Source of the DNA: Podarcis pityusensis
Taxonomy: Eukaryota
DNA length: 64,000 nucleotides
Direction: 5' to 3' (one strand)
Assembly (NCBI GenBank): GCA_964106645.2
Contig: OZ078259.1
Both the position numbers and the translations under genes were made by a program. Positions 36,960 to 48,870 of the stretch are shown in pieces. Under the pieces are notes generated by a model. That model searched no databases. It was not told where the DNA came from and was given only the letters and a program-made list of their open reading frames with translations. The stretch's first letter is position 1; each line of letters starts with the position of its first letter.

Positions 36960-37310
36960 ATTTTTATCCTGCCCTTCCTCCTGAATGAGCCCAGGGTGGC
37001 AAACAGATACAGAATGTAAAAGCAAAAACATTCTAAAACTGGCCAAAACATCCTAAAAACAATTACAATAATAATAATTTTAAAAACACACCATTGAAAA
37101 GCAGTTTCAGTTAAAAACATCCTTGTATCATCTGATCTCGGGATTGCCAGGGACAGTATTCCACCACCACCAAATGCTCAGGTGAACAGGAATGTTTTCA
37201 AATTCCTCCTGAAAGTTACTAAATGATGGAGACAGGTGCACCTCACTAGGGAGGGCATCCCACATCTGGGGAACCACCACTGAAAAGGTCCTGTTATGAG
37301 TCAGCACCTG
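36960..37310 (-). mobile_element. L2-type LINE 3' fragment (others ~49165-49460 and ~63760-64000, plus strand)
   Basis: typical L2 3' coding end with GCCACCCTGGGCTC..GGGCAGGATAAAA terminus on the minus strand. Confidence 0.6.
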
Positions 37311-37717
37311 CCAATCATAGGGTTTGAGGCAGCTGGTACTGGGGATGATACTCTTTTAAATGCTTGGGTCCCACTAACAAGAACACTATTAAAACTGACA
37401 GCAACTAAGGGCCTTGTGCTAATGCTGAAGCCAGAGTCAATGCGTTGCATATGAAGCAACTGCAATATCTTCCTTGTATAAAATAGACCTTGTACAGAAG
37501 AGCATGCCAACTCCCAGCAACCCCAACCAACATAGCCAATGGTCACTGAACATGGAATCTGTAGGTCAATAACCTCTGGAGGACACCATGTTATCTGTCC
37601 CAATTCTGAATAAAGCATGAACTCTACACTGGTACTATCATTCCTCCCATGTTAATTAATCTGTAATAACTATCAGCCCCCTGAATGCTTACTATTAACA
37701 GCTATGCTTAGTAATAT

Positions 37718-37784
37718 TAATTAAGTACACAGAGTTATTTGTGTACAGAGTAATTAAGTACACAGAGTAATTAAGTACACAGAG
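37718..37784 (+). repeat. 17-bp minisatellite TAATTAAGTACACAGAG, about 4 units
   Basis: three perfect units and one degenerate unit. Confidence 0.9.
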
Positions 37785-39873
37785 ATTTGCAACTTAGTGG
37801 TAGAGCATATGCTTTTCATGCAGAAAGTCCCAGGTTCAACCCCTAGCATCTCCAGGTAGGGCATGGTGAATTTTTCACCTGAAATATTCAAGAGCCACCA
37901 CCAGTCAATGTGGACAATACTGAGCTAGAATAACCAATTGTCTGATGTGGTACAACCCTATGTTCCACAAGAGCACCCTACTCTCCTGTGGTTTCTGGCA
38001 TGGAGGCAGAACACAGCCGTAGATAGCCATACCTTCAATGAGTTTGTCTAATCCTCTTTTAAAGCCAGCATGGGGAGCAAGGTGGCTCCTGATCAGACTC
38101 AGGAAGGTTGCTTCACTGTGTGCCTTCAGAACCAACTGAGGATTTTGCATTTCTGTAACTTCAGAGTTACAGAACTTCAAAACACTCCACAAGCACAAGG
38201 GTGGTATCCAATGCTAGACCCACTCAGAGTAGACTCATTGATGCTAATGGCCATGACTAACTTAGGTTCATTCATTTCAAAGGGTCTACTCTGGGCAGAA
38301 CTTAGTTGGATACAACTCATTTTCTTGTAGCCTGCACCACAATCCTAGCAGTATTGCCCTCATATGGCAGCTGGGGTGGGGGGTTCAAAGTGACTTGAGA
38401 ACAGTCACATAGTGGGCCTTATTGCAGAGGCAAAATTACCAGTGCTGTTAGTCACTATGCCAGTACCTGTAAACCAGCAAGTTCCTTCTTTGTTTCAAAA
38501 CACGGGAAGCAGGAACACTAGGAGAACTAGAACATGCTGCAGTGTCAGTGCAACTACAAAAATGCTTTATTTGGAATAACTTGCATAAGGGGTAGTGAAC
38601 CTGTAGCACTCTAAGATGTTGCTGGACTACAACTCCCCTTGTCCCTGACCATTGGCCATCCTACCTGAGGTTGATGGGAGATGTAGTCCGATAACTTATG
38701 CAGGGAAACAGGTTTCCGATGTCTGGCTTTCATGAAAGGCTTTGGGGGCAAAAACACACCCAAAATGCCTCAGCTGGAATGAATGCGAGCCATGCATAGA
38801 CACTTGTGAGCAGCTGCGCACATTCAATGCAATGGCAATTGTGCAAGGAAAAGGTGAGAATGCCTTTTTGTTCTCTTTCACAAAGGCAGCAGAACAGTCT
38901 GCAAATCCAGATCTGGCTGATAAAATAAGGTCATGGTTTGTTGCTGCTTCTACAAGTAGTGATAGCAACACTGTAACTGATGACTTTTCAGTGCATTCAG
39001 CACGCAAACACAACACATTGCATCCTCAGAAAGTGTAATAGTTCACCTGCTGGGACTAATTTTTTCAAAGAAGCAGACGCAGTAAGTAACATTGCCTTTT
39101 AGCCAAGCAAATTTATGGCTTTGGATTTTCAGAGATTTTTTTATAGACTAACATGCTTCCAGCACCGCTCAAGAGATGGGGCTACTGGGAGTTACAAGCA
39201 AGTGGCTGCATGAGCATGTCTGCATGATTTAGGAACAGTGTCTATTTCCACATCAAGCTGCACTTCCCTGCCTGACCCACCTCTACCCCCACCTATCAAG
39301 CTTTAGAATTCATGACACCTCCCTGTAGGCTAAAAGTGTTGGCTTGTGAATGGATCACATTTTTCAGTCAACCCGCATGGATCATTTCTGGAAGGAAGTG
39401 CATGCTTTAGGGATACCCAAGGCATTGACTATCAGCCCCTCTGCCCATGCTTCCATGTCATAGCACAAACTGCTCTTGCATGCCTCCCCTTTCAAAATTA
39501 TTTACTGAATGAGTGAGACTTGCAACAAAACGTAACAGTGTGCTCCTGCTTAAAGTGGTCACCTGTCAGTCATGCCCTTTCCTAAGCTACTCCATTTCCA
39601 CTCCTCCAGTTTTCTATTCCCCTGCCACACACGACAGGCAGCATTTCATATCCACTCAGCATGCTTAGTCGTCACCACTCCGGGTTTGTGTTTTGGTTGG
39701 GGTATTTATGCTCCACCACCTTTTTTGTACTCCTACAAACCTTGGAGTTTCCCCAAGTTTCTTGATAGTTCCTTATTGCGCATGGAAGATGAGGTTTTGG
39801 CTAAAGCACTAAGGTTGCATGCTGAAAAGCCAATGGAAATTCTTCTGAAGATCTTAAATATCCACTTGGTCTG

Positions 39874-42800
39874 TATGGGTTCAGAAAGCAGGCTTCGGAG
39901 CTCTGCAGGACTCTAATTGACTTTAATTGCTGTGCAGGGAAGTGATTTTCCCTTTTCCACTTTTAAACCTATCAATTCACTGAGAACTTATCAGCACTTT
40001 CTTATCTATGTTATAAGAAACACTCTGGGCAAGCACTGTGAGAAGCATCCTGGGCAGGCCGTTAGCTGCTAGCTGTTAATTGCCAGCTCCCTTTTACACT
40101 TTGTTTTTTGACTTCCTGGCAGTCATTACACAGAGAAGCTCTTCGACAGAATAAACTGCACACTTTTTTCCTTTCCTTTCCTGCTAAGGAATCCTCTCTT
40201 TGTTTACTCATCACCGCATTATTATGCCTGCTTGTAAATGCTACAGGGATACAGAAGAGGCAGTCCTTTCACCAGCTCTCAAACAATTAAAAATGGATTT
40301 AATAAATCTGTTTTCAGTTTCAACAACAAAAAAACGGTTTTCTCCTCTTGAAGTTGATTGTGAATGTGAGGAGAATACTTGGAGTGGGGGTGTAGAACTA
40401 GATTCAGCGATGGGGCAAGCTGACTCTGAGCTTCAAATAGAGGAAGAAATAACAAGTAGGGAAAGCACCCAATTAACTTTAATTGCAAGAATGGTTGAAC
40501 ACATCTTCCAACAAATTTGAGGTATCGCCTCCCAAATAACTCATTTATCCCAAGAGGTCCATAGATTATCTGTAAATAATAAGCAGGTACCAATAGACCA
40601 CCAAAGCACCGAAGTGAAATGGCGTCAACAAGAGCAGACCCCTAAGCTTGATGCAGAATGTGTAGAGGTCCTTAAAATTAACTGTTCTCATTTAATCTTT
40701 CAACCAAAAAAGATCTGCATGACAATCTGTCGAAGTTCAGATCAAGCTCCTAACTGGAAAGGCGCCCAGCGTGCCAAACGACATCTATCAGACTTACTTG
40801 GAATTGGACTTACAGAGATCAATCTAATTGGGACTGAATCCCTGAATACCACAAACCAATTCCAAAAAATCATGTTAACTTTTTCCTCTACCAGACTGCC
40901 CTTACTGATCCACAAATTGAAACCCAGATTGTCAAGCAGAGGAGTTTTTCCAACCCGGGTATTTCACAATTCTATTGTCGTGCCCTTATGCAAGATGAGG
41001 ACTAGGGCTACAGAGCGACCCATAAAACCAAAGCCTGGATCTCCAATGGTAGTAATGACATCGCAAACAAACTTGATAAGCCGGGAGGAAACAGACATGT
41101 CCAAGTTGAATCCACAGAATCATGCTCAGCATCAGTATTATCCCTTGGGAAATGATTTCCTCAACTCCTTTAGGAACCTCTCTCAGGAAAAGCAACAAAC
41201 AGTTATCAAGAGGCTTGACCTTATGAGCCAGACATTGAAAGAGAACAAAGAATCAGAGGTAGAGACTGACAACAGACCCAGTGTCCATAACTGTTTGATA
41301 TCTACGGAACCACCGGAGTTCTGGACAAAGATGAGACATTTAGATGAGGAGGAATTAGGAACTACGCTTAAGGAATCTCCGCTGGTGAGTAATTTTCAAA
41401 GTAAAGATCCAGTGAACTCAAATGTGAGCACTTTATGCCCAACGACTGAAATTATTGAACATCTGAATCACACTACTAATATAAATGATACCCTGTTGCC
41501 TCAAAAATTGGCAAACTCTAAAAGCACAATGACCAGCAATTTACTAAGAGGAAATCACTATAAAACAATCAAACTTCTATCATGGAATGTAACAGGGTGG
41601 CTGAACAAGATTCAAGACAGCGATTTCTGTTCCTATTTACAAACACATGATATCATTTTCCTGGAAGAAACCTGGGCAAAAGAAGGTACTATGGTTGAAT
41701 TACAGGGTTTTATAAGTTACACCCAGCCAGCACTTAAAACTGCAAAGTACGGAAGGCCTAGCGGGGGCTGGGGGGGCTGGTGTCAACATCTCTTAATGTA
41801 ACAATTCAACTGTGCCCCTCGCTGACCACCCCTAATTTTTTAGTGTTATCCCTCTCTGATTTCTCTCTGAGAAATACTGTATTTGCGTGTATATTCCTCC
41901 AGTAAAGTCCTGTGGGGAACCCTCCGCTAGGCCTTCCGTGCTTTGCAGTTTTAAGTGCTGGCTGGGTGTAACTTATTGGGAAAGACTTGACCAACTACTC
42001 GAAAGTATAGACTCTTTGTCGCCCAACCCTCGGTTTGTCTTGGGGGGCGACTTCAATGCCCAGATTGGCCTTGTCTCCCCACAAAATACAATATTAGCTG
42101 GACTAAACTTGAAGGACGAACCCGAAATCTGCCAGAGGGCAGCAATGGACACCACCTCTAACTACGCTGGGAAATACCTCTGTGAACTTATAATTAAGTA
42201 CAATCTTTTGTTATGTAATGGGCATGGACAAGGGAATCAGGAGGAGTATTTTGCTTTTATTTCCCCCAGTGGATTTACTAGCACCATAGATTATATACTA
42301 ACATCTAATAATGTTCCAGTTAATCGAGACACCCTTAGGATAATCCCCAGAGATGAAAGTGACCACTTTCCACTTGAGTTATCTCTTGCACCATTTGTTT
42401 CTCCTGCTTTCCCTAAAATATTGGATGAAACGGAATATCTGATACTTGGAAATAAAAGGTTAAAATGGAATGCACAGGTCCAGGAAAAAATGATCCCGAT
42501 CCTGGATTCTCATGAGTTTGCTTTATTAAAGGCGGAAATGTTGTTAGAAACAGGAAATGTAATCGGACTCTATGAGAATATAATTAACCGAATGCGCCCA
42601 CTGATGACCACAACCAGTGTGATCAAAAATAAAAAGTTCAAAAGACAGACATGGTTCGATAAGGAATGTCAGAATAGTAAAAAGTCTATCTAGGGAACTT
42701 AGAAAATTGAAGTTAAAGCACAATAAGCACAATCTTGCTCTACAAGCTGAGGTAGCTCAATTGCGATATAGTTATAAACTATTACTTAAAAGTAAGAAAC

Positions 42801-43175
42801 AAATATATTATGAGCAACAGTGGAAAGCCCTGGGAGATGCAGCACTTCAAAAGGACTCACGGAAATTTTGGTATCTGGTTGCCCAAGGTACACCAAACTG
42901 TATGTTTCTCACTAGACATAATTGTCTATTGTATTATTTAATATTACTTTTAATATATTAGTGGCCCCGTTGTGATTTTAGCTTATAAATTTTATTGTCT
43001 GATGTTTCAATTTGTATATTAAGGAGTTTCTATAGCTTTGTGCAGATTAGGTCATGTTTTGACAATGCAAATATTTTACGTTTTTGCATCAAACTAGTAT
43101 ATATTTTATTGATTGACATTGTATACATTGCAGCAGCCTTTGGCTATAAGCAATAAACTTGACTGACTGACTGAT
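39874..43175 (+). mobile_element. internally deleted APE-type LINE (RTE-X-like, clade uncertain): ORF1-like region and endonuclease present, RT absent
   Basis: KKRFSPL ORF1-type motif; APE motifs LLSWNV.G, IIFLEETW, GRPSGG, YIPP, GDFNA, TIDY, SDHFP; linker WFDKEC..FW; then a jump to an AT-rich 3' UTR, AATAAA and (GACT)n tail; candidate TSD TTGGTCTG (39866-39873, 43176-43183). Confidence 0.85.
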
Positions 43176-43274
43176 TTGGTCTGAACAAGGCAGTGTGTGC
43201 AGATCTGCCAGGTATTCCATGGACATGGAACATAGGACACTGTGAGAACAGGGTGCTGAACTAAATGGGCCACT

Positions 43275-43529
43275 GAAGAAAAAGAAGAAGAGTTTGGATT
43301 TGATATCCCGCTTTATCACTACACGAAGGAGTCTCAAAGCGGCTAACATTCTCCTTTCCCTTCCTCCCCCACAACACACACTCTGTGAGGTGAGTGAGGC
43401 TGAGAGACTTCAGAGAAGTGTGACTGGCCCAAGGTCACCCAGCAGCTGCATGTGGAGGAGCGGAGAAGCGAACCCGGTTCACCAGATTACGAGTACACCA
43501 CTCTTAACCACTACACCACACTGGCTCTC
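43275..43529 (-). mobile_element. Squam3-like SINE inserted in a CR1-type tail fragment
   Basis: reverse complement of the 1705-1943 family. Confidence 0.8.
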
Positions 43530-43673
43530 ACTGGTCTGATCCAGCAGCCTCTTATTCAAAGCACATGACCTCCCTCCAAGAATCCTGGGATTTTAAAAGG
43601 TGCTGGAATTGAGGCTCTGTGGGAGGTAAACTACAGTTCCCAGGGTTCTTTAGGGGAAATCAAGTGTTTTAAA

Positions 43674-44279
43674 CATAGCTGTCAAGTGTCCCTTATTTGA
43701 AGGGACAGTCCCTTATTCCAGTGCCATGTCCCGCTGCTGTCCCTTATTGATGGATGTCCCTTAAATGTCCCTTAAATGATGTCCCTTAAATTTCAAAGGA
43801 AGCAGCTCCTCTCCCTCCCTCCCTGCCGGCCAGGGAGGAGGGAGGCTCCAACTGTGTTGCTTGGCTGTGTTGCTCACCCAATAAGAAGTCTAAGAACGAC
43901 TGGGGGGTGGAGCTTGCATGCCTTGTGTGTGGCTAGGTAATGCAAGTGGAGGGCTTTTTTGAATGCTGGATGCCATTTTGTTGCACGTGCTGCTGCAAAC
44001 TTTGCAGTGCAAAGCCAGGCTGGGGAGCCATCTTAAGTTGAGGCTGCATAGGCCTTGTGGTGCATGTGATTCAGATTCTATTCAGTTGAACCTCTGGTTA
44101 CAAAGTTGGTTGGACAGTGTTCTCGAAGCTACCAGCATGAGTTTGACCAGACTGCAGGAGGACAGGAAGACTGGAGTGCCTGGAGCAGGTGAGGCTGCAG
44201 GTTCCTTATTTTGGCTGGTGGTCCCTTATTTTCAAGGCTGCTGGTCCCTTATTTTCAAATCTGTAAGTTGACAGCTATG
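43674..44279. mobile_element. hAT-type MITE with subterminal GTCCCTTA repeats, carrying a BovB fragment
   Basis: TIRs CATAGCTGTCAA / TTGACAGCTATG; 8-bp TSD GTTTTAAA. Confidence 0.9.
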
Positions 44280-44295
44280 GTTTTAAATGTGTTTT

Positions 44296-44835
44296 GGAGT
44301 CCCTAAGATAGTTGGAGGGTGCCTTGTATTCCTCCGTCTGACAACTCCTGAAGCCAAGCTGATGCCAAACATATTGAAAGGATGAGGCCAGCAGTGGGTC
44401 CAACGGTCCAATGATCAAGAAGTATTTGCACAAGCTGTGGAGGGAAGTGAGGGACAGGTGGGGCTCCTCAACGTTGGAAGGTAGCCCATCGAGGAGAACT
44501 CTGATCCTAAACCTCCGCTACCTTGCTGGATAACTTTGGAAGAAGAAAAGGCTAAGGAGCAAACTCTACACAAATCCAGAGTGGAGTTCCTGGATGGCCT
44601 TGTATGCCTCCTTCTGGCAACTCCTGCAGCCAAGTTGGTGCTGTTGCTCTTCTTTTCTTTGGACCACATCAGCAAGACTAAGAGGAGGGTCTTGTCATCT
44701 GGGCAGCCCAGGACCTCCATAAACACTGTCCAGGTTTGTGCCCTGGGGTCACTTTGGTAATGCTAAGGTAGCTGTTTGACCTCACCCCCAGAGCTGCACT
44801 TCATTGTCTTTCAAGACAGACAGATGCCAACAACA
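44296..44835 (+). mobile_element. RTE-related non-autonomous element (partial, rearranged)
   Basis: homologous to 33635-34270 (minus); ends GATGCCAACAAC. Confidence 0.65.
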
Positions 44836-45714
44836 AATGTGCTTCAGATGTATGTTGTGTTAGCAGCCCATGAGTTTGCTACTAGAATATAGGATGGAAC
44901 TACTTTAACTCTTGGCTTTTTGTCCATTAATTTCAGTCTAGTAGTTTCCTCATCACCTGAGATGCACCCAGCCACTTCTTTCTTCTCCAATTTGCCGACA
45001 CACTGCTTGTCTTTGCCCTTCACTTCAAGAGCTCCTCAGACACTGTTTTGAGCCCTGTTTGTTTAACCGACACTGACTTAGATTTGATATGATGCTTGTA
45101 ACCTGGAGGTGAAAGGCTCTAGATCCCATTACACTACCCATGACCTCATTCTGTAGGGTGACCTACCAAAAACAGTTGATATCTATCTTGACATGTATTG
45201 TTATCTGATGCACCACCTCTTGAGGTGATCTTTTCATATTGCCAGGTCAGATAGGCTCATACATGTCACCACCGAGAATGTTTTAAAGGACTGTTATCTA
45301 CCTAGTTGCAGCTATTTGGTCCAGAGAGGTCAAGTCCCATCGGAAAGGTCTGCTGGAGCAGTGATGGCAGCTTAAGAGAATTTCAACAAGTTCATATAAT
45401 TTCACATCTTTGTTCACTGAGTGCACTGACTGAGGGGCCCCCAGAAAATGTGACTCTTTAATTATGTAACAGAATCTGTATACTGCTTAACTGTATAAAC
45501 CACACATGATCAACAAAAGTATGAAGTTAAAAGCAAGCTGGCCAAACACACACACAAAAACAAAACCCCACAACCCAAAATACAAATTAGATCAGCTGTA
45601 GATCATACATGCATTATATATGATAAATACATATTTAAATGCATGCAAATACATATTAAGATGCATGCCAAATACATATTAAAATGTACATGTCTGGTTA
45701 GCCTGGCCTATACC

Positions 45715-46140
45715 TGTCAGGGAACTGCCATCGGAGCCAGGGGGAGAGGGAGGGCTCCAGAGGGATTCCAGAGAGCGTCCCGGGAGGGAGAGAAGCAGCA
45801 CATCTTCTGGGGAAGGAAATCAGCGTAGCACCAGTGGAGAAGGGGGGCAGATGGGGGAATCGGCGAGGTGGCTCCATGACTCTTCGCCGGGGACCAGCGG
45901 GGAGAGCACGGGTCCTCCGCTGCCCACACCCTCCCTGCGCAGAAGGCTTCCGCGCAGGGAGACTAGGTGGAGACTAGGCGTCAAAGAACTTCTTTGCTGG
46001 AAGAAGTTCAAGAAACGCCCACTGACGGATTCGGCCAGCGATTGAGACAGCCACGGGCGAGTGGCTGTCCAGACAGAAAAGGTTCACTCAGGCAACCCAG
46101 CCAGGTGTGACGCCAATTTACACACGAGCAACCCCTAGAA
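45715..46140 (+). mobile_element. probable solo LTR
   Basis: abrupt GC/CpG-rich block starting TGTCAGGG in AT-rich flanks; 3' end ACCCCTAGAA only loosely inverted; no clean TSD. Confidence 0.45.
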
Positions 46141-46254
46141 CCATTACAATACCAAAAGGTTTTCAGCAGACACTGAAAACAGTGCCATGTAAGAGCTCCA
46201 GAAGAGCTGCCACACTGGAAGATCAGTTCATTCCAAGTGTGGAAAGCATGTGTA

Positions 46255-46606
46255 AGATAAAGGTAAAGGGACCCCTGACCGTTAGGTCCAGTCGCGGACG
46301 ACTCTGGGGTTGCAGCACTCATTTCTCTTTACTGGCTGAGGGAGCCGGCGTACAGCTTCTGGGTCATGTGGCCAGCATGACTAAGCCACTTCTGGTGAAC
46401 TACAGCAGCGCACAGAAACACTGTTTACCTTCCCACCAGAGTGGTACCTATTTATCTACTTGCACTTTGTGCTTTCAAACTGCTAGGTTGGCAGGAGCAG
46501 GGACCAAGCAACAGGCGCTCACCCCGTCTTGGGGATTCAAACAGCTGACCTTCTGATCAGCAAGCCCTAGGCTCTGTGGTTTAACCCACAGCACCACCTG
46601 CATCCC
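46255..46606 (-). mobile_element. Sauria SINE, full length
   Basis: same family as 19375-19717; 14-bp TSD GGAAAGCATGTGTA (46241-46254, 46607-46620). Confidence 0.92.
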
Positions 46607-47347
46607 GGAAAGCATGTGTACTAGCTCAAAATGCTGTGGCCTGGCTGGTCACAGGGGCAAACAGTTGCCACCATATTGTACAGGGCCAGGGCAGAAATTG
46701 GGTAGGGTGAGGCTGTTGCCTCAGACAGCAGAAGCCCTTGAGGGGGTGTCCCCATGGGCGCCTCCACTGGCGGAGGAAAAGGCATGCAGGGGGAGCGTGC
46801 CACCCCTGGCAGCACGATCCCGGCAGGGTGTCATCGCTGCTGCCATGCCCCTGGGACGCGTGCCAGCCCCGCCCCCGCCTGCTCTCCGCCTGAAGCTCTG
46901 CCACTGGGTGCCTCCTCTGCCTAGCAGCATCTGTAGAGAAGTGATGCTGGCATCCATGGCAATTTCCAGTGAGAAGTTGCTAATTTCCAGCAAGAACTGT
47001 GAGAATGATAAGGAACATATCAGAGAGTAAACCCTTTTAAACTCAGTGGGATTTAATTCTGAGTAAAAATGCTTAGGATTGCAGTGTAAGGCTGCACAGT
47101 CTTTACCCAGTTACCTGGGAGTAAGCTCCATTGAATTCAGTGGGACTAACTTCTAAGGAGACATGTAAAGGCTTGCAGTGTAAGGATCAATTTACGATAA
47201 AGGAATAAACACTCCACACGTTTCCTTAAAAAATTGCTGGCTGCTGGAGTATTGCAATTAAATAATTTAAAGTGGATTGGTTACACTTTCCTTCAAAATT
47301 ACAGGAAGAGCTTCACTGTTTCCTTCATTTTTGCATGCGCATGCACA

Positions 47348-47379
<32 letters not shown>

Positions 47380-48734
47380 TCCTTTTAATTGTTCTCCAAG
47401 ACATGAAGGGGAAGTAAATAAGAAAACTGGAACATTCCAGGGTCAAATCAGCAACTGAGATGGCTTCTGTAATTCCGGGACGGTCCTTAGAAGCTTTGCA
47501 ATTTGATTCAGACTCCAGCCAAATCCGGTGCACAGCCCTAGTTTCCAGACACCTCACCTTCTCTGGGCATGCTCTAGTTTGTCAACTAAAAGCAGTTAGT
47601 TGCTCTGGAGCATTTGTGCTGCTATTTTAGGTTTTGTTAAAGAAAAACATGTGCAAGCACCCCAAGGCCACAGAGGTGCAAAATCAATTTCTGCTATTTT
47701 CTATTTAGACTCCCATCTGTCAGAAAATAGGGTGAAAGCAATAATAATTCCTTATAGATTGGAACACCTGAGAGGAGGGGGGGAGGTACAAGGGAAGGAT
47801 CAAGAAAGTAGCCTAAATACAGTCTCAAATGCAAATTAAAATTAGGGTGCTCTTTCACACTTGGCCCATCAGCTGAGCCTTCCTGATTGTCGGCTGCATG
47901 TCTCTGGTTCTGGATGTGTGATTTGTGTGCCTAGAGTGAATGGTTGCAGAGTAAACGCCCACTCTGCTGACTCCATATTTAATCATGAGAAACAATGTCA
48001 GATGATTGCACTGTGCTCCTAGTAAGCCCTTGGATGTCCTACTTGTTTTGCTCCATTGAAGCAGTAGGTGGCTAGATTATTCTGAGAACACCCGAATGCA
48101 GGAATTGCCTTGTGAGATGGGACTGAGACCCCACCTAGTCCACTGCGTTGTTGCCAACTGCAGCAGCCAGGAACTCGCAAGCAAACCATGAAGGTGATGC
48201 CCTTTCCTTAATGTTTGTCTGGTAACCAGAGGCATACTGCCTCTGAACATGCCAGTTCCATTATTCAAGGGCATAGCGCTTGAAGCAGGAACTATTCTTC
48301 AACGGCAGACAGGAGGAAGGCTATTTCTGCCATCCTGGTTAAACCAGTAATGGGGAACATTTTTCAGCCTGAGGGCCACATTCCCTTCTTGGCAACCTTC
48401 TGGGGGCCACATGCCAGTAGGAGACATGTCCAGAGGTAAAAGTGGGCAGAACAACAATGCATTCCTCCCCCTCCTCTGTACAGTAAATTATTTTCCACAC
48501 ATACTCACTCTCTATCGTCCACCCAGCCAAGTAAGAGGCATTATCAGAGTCTGGGGGCAAATTGCAGCCAGGCAAAAACACTAAGAAGGTGCAAAGCAAG
48601 GCTGGATGTGTCTGAGTCTGAAGAAGGTGGTGACCTAGAGAAAGTCCTGACTGCCAGCTAGAGATATCTGGAGGGCCACATTTGGCCTCTGGGCCTCAGG
48701 TTCCCCACCTCTGAGATGAAGTGACCATTTAGCA

Positions 48735-48870
48735 CAGTGTTCCCCAAACTTGGGTCTCCAGCTGCTTTTGGACTACAACTCCCACCATCCCTAGCTAGCA
48801 GGACAAGTGGTCAGGAATAATGGGAATTGTAGTCCCGCAACAGCTGGAGACCCAAGTTTGAGAAATGCTG
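48735..48870. mobile_element. palindromic hAT-type MITE
   Basis: long inverted arms AAACTTGGGTCTCCAGCTG / CAGCTGGAGACCCAAGTTT; TSD ATTTAGCA/GTTTAGCA. Confidence 0.85.
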
